Sequence record: SRR20825010_3053
Length of the DNA stretch: 34,404 nt
Direction: 5' to 3' (one strand)
Below the pieces are notes generated by a model. The model made no database searches. It worked only from the letters and a program-made list of their open reading frames with translations, and was not told where the DNA came from. The translations under genes and the position numbers were made by a program. Positions 1 to 9,097 of the stretch are shown here, piece after piece. Every line of letters begins with the position of its first letter. Within the stretch, counting starts at the first letter, position 1.

Positions 1-30
1 ATGTGGTTTCAGCCACTCACCCATCTCTCC
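1..30 (-). tRNA. tRNA-Ser, 5' part only (truncated by the window edge; anticodon not visible)
   Basis: The reverse complement reads GGAGAGATGGGTGAGTGGCTGAAACCACAT, an acceptor-stem 5' strand plus D-arm (GGT GAGTGGCTGAA ACC) typical of bacterial tRNA-Ser. A Bacteroidota promoter lies upstream. Confidence 0.85.
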
Positions 31-72
31 GTGTAACTAAGCTGATATATTGCCCTCGTTTAAGAGGAGTGC

Positions 73-103
73 AAATATAGGTGATTAGATCAGACTTCAC
101 CAA
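73..103 (-). promoter_or_regulatory. Bacteroidota housekeeping promoter for the tRNA
   Basis: Minus strand: TTG (101-103), 20-nt spacer, TATATTTG (73-80). This matches the -33 TTG / -7 TAnnTTTG consensus. Confidence 0.65.
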
Positions 104-172
104 GCGTATTTTAGAAAAAATACCATCAATGTAAAACCATTTTTATAACTCATTAAAATTGAGTCCATTCAT

Positions 173-200
173 TAAACGATTGCCCTAAATGGCCGTCTAA
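173..200 (+). promoter_or_regulatory. Candidate ECF-sigma promoter
   Basis: TAAAC-N16-CGTCTAA ends 25 nt before the ATG at 226. It has the generic ECF AAC/CGTC layout and resembles 6561-6588. Confidence 0.4.
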
Positions 201-225
201 AATCGAAAATCAACAAAACTAAACT

Positions 226-3200
226 ATGTATCAACCAAAATGTATGAATGTCGCGAGTTTCCGAACTGGAATGCTCGTGCTTTGCGCGTTACTGATCAGC
301 TCTTTGTCTTTTGGGCAGAAGATTGACTTCAGTAAAATGGAAGCAATGAAACCTCGTAGTATAGGCCCTGCCAACATGAGTGGAAGGGTAACCTCTATAG
401 ACGCGGTAAGAAGTAATCCCGAAATAATTTACGCTGGTTCTGCCTCAGGCGGACTTTGGAAATCTGAAAGTGGCGGAATTGCTTGGGAGCCTATTTTTGA
501 TAACGAATTGGCCTTGTCAATTGGAGCTGTAGCTGTTTCTCAAAAAAATCCGAATGTGGTTTGGGTAGGAACAGGAGAAGGTAACCCACGAAACAGTTTA
601 ACGGGTGGTTATGGTGTTTACCGCAGCTTAGATGCTGGAAAAACGTGGAAGCTGATGGGACTTGAGAAAACCCGAAACGTCCACCGTATCATCATTGATC
701 CGAATGATCCTAATACCGTGTATATCGGTGCTATTGGTTCTCCTTGGGGCGATCACAAAGAAAGAGGTGTCTATAAAACCACAAATGGTGGTGAAACGTG
801 GGATCATATTCTTTATGTAGATGAAATGACTGGAGTGGGCGACATGGTAATGGACCCTTCCAACCCAAATAAAATTTTGGTCAACATGTGGCAACACAGA
901 AGAGAACCTTGGTTCTTTACTTCTGGTGGGCCAAGCTCTGGTTTATACATGACCGTAGATGGTGGTAAAAACTGGACAAAGCAATCAGCCAAAGACAACG
1001 GAATTCCAGCAGGCGACTTAGGTCGTATGGGCTTAGCTTTTGCTACGAATAATCCAAATAGAGTCTATGCGCTTATCGAAGCCAAAGAAAATGCATTGTA
1101 CCGTTCAGATGATGGTGGGTTTAAATGGGAGATGATTAATAATGGAAACGACATTGGTAATCGACCTTTCTACTACTACGATATTTATGTGGACCCTAAA
1201 AATGAAAACAGGGTATATAGCATTTTCACTAATGTTCACAGAAGTGAGGATGGCGGTAAGTCATTCGAGAATATCATTCCTAGAAACCTTATTCACGTAG
1301 ATAACCACGCTTTATACATTAACCCTGACGATCCTAAATATATGATCTTGGGTAATGACGGAGGTATGGCGATTACGCGTGATATGGGCAAGAAATGGCA
1401 GTTCGTTGAGAATTTACCATTGGGTCAATTCTACCATATCAATGTAGATAACGAAATGCCTTACAATGTTTATGGAGGTTTGCAAGATAACGGAACCTAT
1501 ACGGGCCCGGCTTACACTTGGATGAGCGATGGAATCAGAAATGATTACTTCTTCACCATTGGTGGGGGTGATGGTTTTGATGTAATGGCCGACCCTGACG
1601 ATTCACGTTATGGCTATTCTCAATCACAACAAGGAAACGTGAGTAGATACGATAAACTTACTGGAAGCAGCAAGAGAATTAAACCTACTAGCGATGACCC
1701 TAAAGTGAAATTGCGTTTCAACTGGAACTCTGCTATGGCACAAGATCCGTTTGATAACAGTACAATTTATTTCGGTAGCCAGTTTGTACACAAGAGTACA
1801 AACAAAGGTGATAGCTGGACGATAATTTCTACAGACTTAACCACCAATGACACTACTAAACAAAATCAAGACAAGAGTGGTGGATTAACAATTGATGCGA
1901 CAGGTGCAGAAAACCATACTACACTTTTGGTGATTGAGCCAAGTGCCGTAGAAAAAGGTGTGCTTTGGGCGGGATCTGATGATGGTTTGATTCATGTTAC
2001 TAGAGATGGTGGTGCTACTTGGACCAACGTGTCAAATAACATTAAGGGTGTTCCTGCTGGATCTTGGGTAAACCAGATCAAAGCTTCTAGATATAACAAA
2101 GGAGAAGCAGTAGCAGTAATCAACAACTATAGAAGGTTCGATTTCAAACCTTACTTGATGAGAACTAAGGATTATGGAAAAACTTGGACAGCGATTGCTT
2201 CTGAAAATGATGTTTTCGGTTACGCATTGTCTTTCATTCAAGACCCAGTAGAGCCTAAGTTGATGTTCTTCGGAACAGAGCATGGTTTATACATCAGTAT
2301 TGATGAAGCTAAAACATGGACGAAGTTCGAGAACGGTTATCCAAGTGTTTCTACAATGGATTTAGTGATTCAAGAGCGCGAGAGTGACTTGGTTATCGGT
2401 ACTTTTGGTAGAGCAATTTACGTACTGGATGATATTAATCCGTTACGTGTTTTAGCTGCTAAAGGACAAAAATCTATTACAGAGTCTGCTGTTACAGCCA
2501 TTGACGCGGTTACTTCTTACATGGTAAGCACAAGAGCTTCTAATGGCCCTGCTAACCCTGGTAACTCTACTTTTGAAGGAGAAAACAGACAGTCTGGTGC
2601 TGCTACGATTAAATTCTTCGCTAAAAAACCTGAAACTCCTGCTGGAGGCAGAGGTGCAGGTGCTCCTCAAGGCCAAGTTAGACCAGCTGGTGGTGGCGGT
2701 CAAGGTGGTGGAGGTGGAGGCCGTGGAGGCCGAGGTGGTGCTGGAGGAGGTAATGCTCCATCGGGACCTCAAGCTAAAATCGAAATCTTTGATATGAGTG
2801 GGAATTTAGTGAGGACATTAAGCTCCTCCTATACCGAAGGTTTAAATAGTGCTTCATGGAGATATGATGAAGATCCTCCAGAAGACACTGTTCAGCCAGA
2901 AGTGCCTGCAGGCGTTCCTGCTCAGTTTGCTAGTTTCTTTAGAAGAGGTGGTGCTCCTGCGTTGCCTGGTAAGTATACTTTCAAAGTAACAATAGGCAAT
3001 AGCTCGGATGAGGGTACTATTGAGTTTCAAATGGATCCTAGAGATACATATGATATCAACAACTTAATTGCTAGAAGAGATTTACTGAGAGAAGTAAATG
3101 TGCTTACGACTGACGTATCTAATTTAGCTTCTAAAATCACGACTGACATGGCGTCTGTTGATAAAGTATTGGAAGCGCTAAAAACTAAACGTGGACCAGA

Positions 3201-3522
3201 AGCGAACGCACTTAAAGCCAAGAGTGAAGCAGTGAAAAAAGAGATGAAAGAACTTTCTGACGCTGTTGGTAGCGGAGGTGGTTTCCGTTTCGGAGGAGGA
3301 GGTAATTCTGATGTTACTCCTTTAAACTCTAAAGTTTCTACTCTGTCGCGTAGTATCACAAGTTCATTTGAAGCGCCAGGTGCTGCTGACCGCAAGGACC
3401 TAAATGATTTCAATGCTGAGTATGAAGCATTAAAATCTAAAGTAGATGCATGGTTCGCTGCCAACTGGAGTGCTTATTTAGCCGCAGTTAAAACAGTAGA
3501 TTTCTCTCCAATTGGGGGGTAA
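226..3522 (+). CDS. Secreted VPS10/sortilin-like BNR (Asp-box) repeat beta-propeller protein (glycosyl-hydrolase-like)
   Basis: Signal peptide; many SxDxGxTW-type Asp boxes (SLDAGKTW, TTNGGETW, SDDGGFKW, TRDGGATW, TKDYGKTW); RSIGPANMSGR and GGLQDNG motifs; Ig-like segment IEIFDMSGNLVRTL; helical C-terminus. Confidence 0.85.
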   Translation: MYQPKCMNVASFRTGMLVLCALLISSLSFGQKIDFSKMEAMKPRSIGPANMSGRVTSIDAVRSNPEIIYAGSASGGLWKSESGGIAWEPIFDNELALSIGAVAVSQKNPNVVWVGTGEGNPRNSLTGGYGVYRSLDAGKTWKLMGLEKTRNVHRIIIDPNDPNTVYIGAIGSPWGDHKERGVYKTTNGGETWDHILYVDEMTGVGDMVMDPSNPNKILVNMWQHRREPWFFTSGGPSSGLYMTVDGGKNWTKQSAKDNGIPAGDLGRMGLAFATNNPNRVYALIEAKENALYRSDDGGFKWEMINNGNDIGNRPFYYYDIYVDPKNENRVYSIFTNVHRSEDGGKSFENIIPRNLIHVDNHALYINPDDPKYMILGNDGGMAITRDMGKKWQFVENLPLGQFYHINVDNEMPYNVYGGLQDNGTYTGPAYTWMSDGIRNDYFFTIGGGDGFDVMADPDDSRYGYSQSQQGNVSRYDKLTGSSKRIKPTSDDPKVKLRFNWNSAMAQDPFDNSTIYFGSQFVHKSTNKGDSWTIISTDLTTNDTTKQNQDKSGGLTIDATGAENHTTLLVIEPSAVEKGVLWAGSDDGLIHVTRDGGATWTNVSNNIKGVPAGSWVNQIKASRYNKGEAVAVINNYRRFDFKPYLMRTKDYGKTWTAIASENDVFGYALSFIQDPVEPKLMFFGTEHGLYISIDEAKTWTKFENGYPSVSTMDLVIQERESDLVIGTFGRAIYVLDDINPLRVLAAKGQKSITESAVTAIDAVTSYMVSTRASNGPANPGNSTFEGENRQSGAATIKFFAKKPETPAGGRGAGAPQGQVRPAGGGGQGGGGGGRGGRGGAGGGNAPSGPQAKIEIFDMSGNLVRTLSSSYTEGLNSASWRYDEDPPEDTVQPEVPAGVPAQFASFFRRGGAPALPGKYTFKVTIGNSSDEGTIEFQMDPRDTYDINNLIARRDLLREVNVLTTDVSNLASKITTDMASVDKVLEALKTKRGPEANALKAKSEAVKKEMKELSDAVGSGGGFRFGGGGNSDVTPLNSKVSTLSRSITSSFEAPGAADRKDLNDFNAEYEALKSKVDAWFAANWSAYLAAVKTVDFSPIGG

Positions 3523-3575
3523 TTAATAAGTCATCTACATAAATAGGGCCGACCTGTTTATGTAAAAATGTAATC

Positions 3576-3613
3576 AAATAGCACCGAGAGAAATCTCGGT
3601 GCTATTTCTTTTA
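3576..3613 (+). terminator. Intrinsic terminator
   Basis: Perfect 14-bp stem AAATAGCACCGAGA-GAAA-TCTCGGTGCTATTT followed by CTTTT, downstream of the VPS10 gene. Confidence 0.85.
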
Positions 3614-3638
3614 TGGCCTATCGACTGAATTTTGTAAT

Positions 3639-3725
3639 CTCACCAAAAAGGACATTGAGATCGATGGATTTGAAATTCCGATAGGAGAGTTTTATAAGGA
3701 GTCTGTATTGCAGAAGATTGGTTAA
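3639..3725 (+). pseudogene. 3' remnant of a LytTR-family response regulator gene
   Basis: The frame reads LTKKDIEIDGFEIPIGEFYKESVLQKIG*, resembling the C-terminal 'IEI..EIPIG..YK..' end of Bacteroidota LytTR domains. It has no start codon or N-terminal part. Confidence 0.6.
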
Positions 3726-3748
3726 GCTTCGGTTTTGGAGTAAAAGCA

Positions 3749-3778
3749 AAAAGACAACCCCATTCGAGGTTGCCTTTT
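3749..3778 (-). terminator. Intrinsic terminator for the minus-strand ABC permease (possibly bidirectional)
   Basis: Minus strand: AAAAGGCAACC-8 nt loop-GGTTGTCTTTT with one G-U pair, continuing into a T-run. Confidence 0.6.
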
Positions 3779-3844
3779 ATTGGTCACAAAAAGGAGTTAA
3801 AACTATTCACTTTAGTGGAATTCGCTTTAGCTTCTAAAAACATT

Positions 3845-3906
3845 CACGAGATAATAGACAAATGACTTCTGTCTAAATTCTATAATCTTCTGTCTATTAT
3901 CTTGAT
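3845..3906. repeat. 7-nt periodic inverted-repeat element
   Basis: CACGAGA TAATAGA caaatg ACTTCTG TCTAAAT TCTATAA TCTTCTG TCTATTA TCTTGAT; includes a perfect 12-bp inverted repeat (3849-3860 / 3891-3902). Confidence 0.65.
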
Positions 3907-3909
3907 ATT

Positions 3910-6372
3910 CTATTCGTAGCGAAGAGCTTTCACTGGATTTTGATTTGCAGCTTTTAGCGAATGGAAACTAACGGTTAAGAAGGAAATGGCTAAAGCAAGC
4001 ACTCCAGAGATTCCTGCTGCAAGCAATATAACTTCCTGCAAATTCATTCTATAAGCAAACATATCTAACCAATCGTTGATTAGCCAATAGGCAGCAGGGG
4101 CTGCCAATATAAAGCCAATAAGTACTAGCACCATAATGTCTTTAAAGATCATAAATACCAATTGCGGAACTGTGGCCCCCAATACTTTTCTCACACCAAT
4201 TTCTTTTATTCTGGTGGCAGTAGTGAAAGAAGATAAGCCCAATAGGCCCAAACAAGAGATTAAAATACAGATGTATGAAAGTATACCCGTTAACTTGCTT
4301 TGTCTTTGATCTCCGCGATAAAGCTCTTCCGCTTGTTGGTCTAGGAACTCATATTCAAAAGGATGATTTGGATCTAATTCAGTAAATTTATTTTCAAGAA
4401 AATTCATGGTTGACCCAATTACGCCATCACTCACATGCACCATTAAAGTAGGGAGTCCTTGCGCTCCAGCAGTTTGCCGCTGATACCTGTATATGGCAGT
4501 AGGTTCTACTTTAACATGGAGAGAAAACGCATTAAAATCCTTAACGACACCAATTACTTTTGTTGGTTCTGGTAAACCAATTGGAGAGACTGTTTGGCCT
4601 ATAGGGTCATCCCAACCCATTAAGTCCACCACTGCTTGATTTACAATTACCCCTTGTGTTATATCCGTGGTTATATTTTCATCAAAATCTCTACCTTGGA
4701 CGATTTCAATGTCCATTGTTTTAAAATAGTCCTTCCCAACAGTAAGTACATTGTAGGTGTCTTGTGTTATGTTATTCTCGTTGTCACTAACACTTAATAA
4801 TCGTCTGCCAGCTCCAAGGAGGCTATTTCCAACATTACCTCCTCCACGACCTACGCCAAAAGCATCGGTAACATTCAAGATATTTGGGTTCTGCATCAAT
4901 TCTGCTTTGATAAACTCCATTCTATTCCGAACGGTGGTGTCCTGCAAGGGAATTAGTATCACATTGTCTTTATTGAAACCCAAGTCTTTGTTTCTTAAAA
5001 AATCAATTTGACTATTCATTAATAAGGTCGTAATCACTACAGCAATAGAGATGAAGAACTGAAATGCTACCAAAACCTTTCTAAGGAAAACACTTTTTGG
5101 GCCTGTTTTAACGCTGCCTTTCATAGCCACCAATACCGAAATGGCTGATAAGTAAAACGCAGGGTAAACTCCCGAAAAAAGCCCAATCACTACGGCAACG
5201 CTCAACGAACCAAATAGAAGTAGAGGATTGTCAAAGAAATTGAGTTGAAGGTCTTTTCCTAAGAGTGCATTTAAGTTTGTGCCATGAATTAAAATATTAA
5301 CGATTAGAATGGCTAGCATAAGTGAAAGGAAGGTGATAATCACTGATTCACTTAAGAATTGACCACGTAATTTGCCTCTACTTGATCCTAATACTTTTCT
5401 TACCCCCACCTCTTTAGACCTGTTTGTAGCCCTGGCTGTAGCCAAGTTCATATAGTTGATACTGGCTAAAAGTAGGATGAAAATACCTATGGCAGTAAAA
5501 GCTCTAGTATAGGTTAGGTTGCCAGTAGGTAAATCATACTGCACTTTTGAATTAAAGTGAATTTCTGCCAAAGGCATTAATCGAGGGCTAAAACCAGCGT
5601 CTCCTAAGCCTGCTTGCAGTACCAAAGGCTTCATGTACTTTTCGAAAAAGTCAGGAAACTTGTTGTAGATATTATTTACATCGTAATTCTTAGGAAGCAT
5701 TATATAGGAATACAGAGAGATATTCCAGAGTTGATTTGCTTTTTGCTGGCCAGTAGGTATTGGTTGACCAGAAGTAACTGTAGATAGCGAAATAAGACCT
5801 TCAAATGTTAAATGTATATTGTCGGGTAGGTCTTTTATGATACCTGTTACCTTGAGGTTGTTGGTATCCGTTTCCAGTAACTGATCTATAGGCTCAGTAT
5901 TACCAAAAATTCGTTTTGCGGCACTTTCAGTCAGTACAATACTGTTAGGTTCAACCAATGCAGTTTTCGGGTTTCCTTCAATAAACTCATGCGTAAACAT
6001 GCTGAATGTTGAAGAGTCAGCAAAATAGAGGTTGTCTTGGTAAATGTTTTTATCACCAACCCTGAATAATTGCCTTCCAGCACTCATAAACCTTGTGAAA
6101 TTCTGAATTTCAGGAAACTCTTCCTTCATCATTTCGGCAAGCACAAATGAACTTAGAGCGAACTCATCATCTTTAGGTGGGATTCTAAATTTAGATTCAA
6201 CCCTATAAATCTGATCATACTTTTCATGGTGCTTGTCAAAGCTCATGTCACTTTGCACATAGAGAAGGATGATAATAGCCACGGCTAAGCCAATTGCCAA
6301 GCCGAAGATATTTAAGAATGAATAGAATTTGTTACGGAGTAAAACTCTGAAGGCGTAGGAAAAATTCTGCAT
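3910..6372 (-). CDS. ABC transporter permease, MacB/FtsX family (duplicated periplasmic and FtsX domains)
   Basis: YSFLNIFGLAIGLA, INYMNLATARATNRSKEVGVRKVLG, KEIGVRKVLGA and C-terminal NPVKALRYE, the standard ~800-aa Bacteroidota permease signature. Confidence 0.92.
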   Translation of the reverse strand: MQNFSYAFRVLLRNKFYSFLNIFGLAIGLAVAIIILLYVQSDMSFDKHHEKYDQIYRVESKFRIPPKDDEFALSSFVLAEMMKEEFPEIQNFTRFMSAGRQLFRVGDKNIYQDNLYFADSSTFSMFTHEFIEGNPKTALVEPNSIVLTESAAKRIFGNTEPIDQLLETDTNNLKVTGIIKDLPDNIHLTFEGLISLSTVTSGQPIPTGQQKANQLWNISLYSYIMLPKNYDVNNIYNKFPDFFEKYMKPLVLQAGLGDAGFSPRLMPLAEIHFNSKVQYDLPTGNLTYTRAFTAIGIFILLLASINYMNLATARATNRSKEVGVRKVLGSSRGKLRGQFLSESVIITFLSLMLAILIVNILIHGTNLNALLGKDLQLNFFDNPLLLFGSLSVAVVIGLFSGVYPAFYLSAISVLVAMKGSVKTGPKSVFLRKVLVAFQFFISIAVVITTLLMNSQIDFLRNKDLGFNKDNVILIPLQDTTVRNRMEFIKAELMQNPNILNVTDAFGVGRGGGNVGNSLLGAGRRLLSVSDNENNITQDTYNVLTVGKDYFKTMDIEIVQGRDFDENITTDITQGVIVNQAVVDLMGWDDPIGQTVSPIGLPEPTKVIGVVKDFNAFSLHVKVEPTAIYRYQRQTAGAQGLPTLMVHVSDGVIGSTMNFLENKFTELDPNHPFEYEFLDQQAEELYRGDQRQSKLTGILSYICILISCLGLLGLSSFTTATRIKEIGVRKVLGATVPQLVFMIFKDIMVLVLIGFILAAPAAYWLINDWLDMFAYRMNLQEVILLAAGISGVLALAISFLTVSFHSLKAANQNPVKALRYE

Positions 6373-6408
6373 AGGGTTGGTTTAGAGCTGATTCACAATA
6401 GGTTTCTA

Positions 6409-6535
6409 CCACTAAAGATGCCAAAGGCTTAGTGTGTTTATAAGGGTTTGTTAATCAGTGGTTTGTGGGGTTGGTGAATGGTGAGATAGGTCTTTGATGT
6501 TCGTAAACGCACTTATTTGTGAACGTATCCGTACA
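6409..6535 (-). promoter_or_regulatory. Candidate sigma-54 promoter with two upstream activator boxes
   Basis: Minus strand TGGCAT-CTTTA-GTGG (within 6409-6425; weak -12). Pseudo-palindromes TGTTCG-N4-CGCACT (6498-6513) and TGAACG-N4-CGTACA (6520-6535) start 22 bp apart. Confidence 0.5.
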
Positions 6536-6560
6536 ATTTCACATCATTTCTAACTACCAT

Positions 6561-6588
6561 GTAACGATTTCGTTTTATGTAAGTCTTA
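6561..6588 (+). promoter_or_regulatory. Candidate ECF-sigma promoter
   Basis: GTAAC-N16-AGTCTTA ends 20 nt before the ATG at 6609 and shares AACGATT with the site at 173-200. Confidence 0.4.
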
Positions 6589-6608
6589 CTTCTTAAACGG
6601 TCGTAATC

Positions 6609-9074
6609 ATGCTCAAAAACTACATCAAAATTACGCTTAGGTCGCTTATGAAAAATAAGGCCTATTCCTTCATTAACATCTCTGGTCTCGCCATTGGTTT
6701 GGCAGGTGCACTACTGATTCTTCACTACGTCACTTTTGAGCGTAGCTATGATAATTTTCAAAAGGATTCTGAGAATATATACCGGGTAAGCCTTGATATT
6801 TTCCAGAACAACGAAGAAGTATTCAATAGTGCCGAAAATTACCCAGGAGTAGGACCAGCTATGGTGCAAGAATTCCCTGAAGTGATTGAGTGGGCACATT
6901 TATATAATATGGGCGCCAAGAATAATGTGGTAATTACTTATGAAGAGGGGCTAGGTCAGCCTATTAAATTTAAGCAGAGGAGGTTTCTATATGCCAGTCC
7001 AAATTTCCTTTCCCTTTTTTCTAGTCAAATGATTTACGGTGATGCAAAAACTGCACTCGTAGAACCCTTTTCTATTGTAATTTCTGAAAGTACGGCAAAA
7101 AAGTACTTTGGAAATGAAGACCCAATGGGTAAACATTTAAGGCTTAAAGATGATGATTATAATGATGAGAACTGCATTGTAACAGGTGTATATAAGGATT
7201 TACCATCGAATACACACTTGAAATATGATGTCTTAATTTCCACGGCTACCCTTTACGGACGTTTTGAAGGCGCCATGACTAGGTATAAAACCGGCTGGGG
7301 AAGGAAGGACTTTTATACTTACATTAAAGTAGTGGGGGGAACCAATATAAGTGCTTTGGAAGCTAAATTTCCTCAAATGATAGATAAGTATAAACCTGAA
7401 CTAAAGGAAAACGGAGGGGCAAATACCTTTGCTTTACAGCCACTGCAAAGAATACATTTAGATTCACATTTAGGAGATGAAGCAGAACTGAATGGAAGCG
7501 GAGAACCCATTGTTTATCTTTCCATTATCGCCATTTTCATCGTTTTAATCGCTTGGGTAAATTATATAAATTTGGCTACCTCCAGATCATTGGACAGGGC
7601 CAAAGAAGTAGGGATTAGAAAAGTACTGGGCTCTCTTCGAAGTCAATTGATTCGCCAATTTATGTTCGAATCCTTTGTGATTAACCTTCTGGCTGTAGTC
7701 CTTGCTATTGCCATTATTGCCATGGCTTTACCGAGTTTCCATAGCTTAAGTGGTATTCCAGAAGAAGTGAAAATTTGGCAAAATGGGATGATTCTTTGGT
7801 CGCTATTGGCAGCCTTTCTTATTGGCTCATTTGCATCGGGTATTTACCCCGCCTTAGTATTGTCTTCCTTCAAACCTGTGAGTACTTTAACTGGGAAGTT
7901 CAGGAACTCTGGAACTGGAGTTGTGCTCAGAAAGGCCTTGGTGATTTTTCAGTTTGCTGCTTCAACAGCTTTGATCATAGGTACTTTCACGGTGTACAGA
8001 CAAATGCAGTTTGTGAAAAATGCGGAATTGGGTTTTGAAATGGATCAGATTGTTGTGGTGGAACGCCCCGCAATTTCAAATGCTGACCCAGAGTTGAGAA
8101 ACCAACAAGTTGCTGCTTTTAGCAACGAATTAAGGTCAAATTCAAACATTAAGGAGATCACCACTAGCGGGATTGTCCCTGGAAAGAAAATTCGATTTAA
8201 GGCAGATGTCCGGGCCTATAATCAACCTGCTGGGCAGACTTTCCCACTTAATTATGTAGGAGCGGATTATGAGTTTATCCAAACGATGGGGATGGAAGTA
8301 ATTGCTGGCAGGGACTTTTCTAGAGACTTTCCGAATGATATAGATACAGCAGCTTTGGTTTCGAGATCTGCTTTAAGGCAACTCGGTTATGTAAACCCGG
8401 AAGATATTATTGGACAGGCCATCGTGGCAGAGAATTTTGGCGCAACAGCCGTTGTTATTGGAGTGGTGGAAGATTATAACCACGAATCGCTACGAGAGAA
8501 AGCAATACCTTCAGTATTTATTCTAAATCCTTTTTGGGCTGAATATTTTTTAATCAAAGTTCAAGAGCAAAACGTTTCGCCTGCTTTAGCCGCTATCAAA
8601 AGCCAATGGGGAAGTACTTTTCCTGGAAACCCGTTTGAATATTTCTTCCTAGATGAATTCTTCAACCAACAATATAAATCAGAAGATCAGTTTCAATCAC
8701 TCTTTTCCGTCTTTGCAGTTTTGGCCATTTTTATCGGTTGCATGGGGCTTTTCGGTCTTTCTGCTTTTACTGCAATGAAAAGAACCAAAGAGATAGGCGT
8801 GAGAAAAGTACTTGGAGCAACAGTGCCAGGCTTGTTCTTCCTTTTATCTAAAGAGTTTGTCGTGCTTATTCTGATTTCAAGTGTAATCGCTTGGCCGTTA
8901 ATCTATTTAGCGATGGACAGTTGGCTTCAAGGTTTTGAATATCACACCAATATAAATTTGTTGGTTTTTGTGTTCGCTACGGTGCTCATTATAGGGATCG
9001 CACTGATTACGGTAAGCTTTCAAACCATAAAATCAGCACGACTTAATCCAGTAGATTCGTTGAGGTATGAATGA
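6609..9074 (+). CDS. ABC transporter permease, MacB/FtsX family
   Basis: MLKNYIKITLRSL start, YSFINISGLAIG, NYINLATSRSLDRAKEVGIRKVLG, KEIGVRKVLGA, NPVDSLRYE. Confidence 0.92.
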   Translation: MLKNYIKITLRSLMKNKAYSFINISGLAIGLAGALLILHYVTFERSYDNFQKDSENIYRVSLDIFQNNEEVFNSAENYPGVGPAMVQEFPEVIEWAHLYNMGAKNNVVITYEEGLGQPIKFKQRRFLYASPNFLSLFSSQMIYGDAKTALVEPFSIVISESTAKKYFGNEDPMGKHLRLKDDDYNDENCIVTGVYKDLPSNTHLKYDVLISTATLYGRFEGAMTRYKTGWGRKDFYTYIKVVGGTNISALEAKFPQMIDKYKPELKENGGANTFALQPLQRIHLDSHLGDEAELNGSGEPIVYLSIIAIFIVLIAWVNYINLATSRSLDRAKEVGIRKVLGSLRSQLIRQFMFESFVINLLAVVLAIAIIAMALPSFHSLSGIPEEVKIWQNGMILWSLLAAFLIGSFASGIYPALVLSSFKPVSTLTGKFRNSGTGVVLRKALVIFQFAASTALIIGTFTVYRQMQFVKNAELGFEMDQIVVVERPAISNADPELRNQQVAAFSNELRSNSNIKEITTSGIVPGKKIRFKADVRAYNQPAGQTFPLNYVGADYEFIQTMGMEVIAGRDFSRDFPNDIDTAALVSRSALRQLGYVNPEDIIGQAIVAENFGATAVVIGVVEDYNHESLREKAIPSVFILNPFWAEYFLIKVQEQNVSPALAAIKSQWGSTFPGNPFEYFFLDEFFNQQYKSEDQFQSLFSVFAVLAIFIGCMGLFGLSAFTAMKRTKEIGVRKVLGATVPGLFFLLSKEFVVLILISSVIAWPLIYLAMDSWLQGFEYHTNINLLVFVFATVLIIGIALITVSFQTIKSARLNPVDSLRYE

Positions 9075-9097
9075 TTAAATTGAAAGGAGGTTTTGTA

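Noticed and set aside
1-3725. tRNA-anchored genomic island
   Set aside because: There is no integrase or att duplication, and the window lies on the 5' side of the tRNA.
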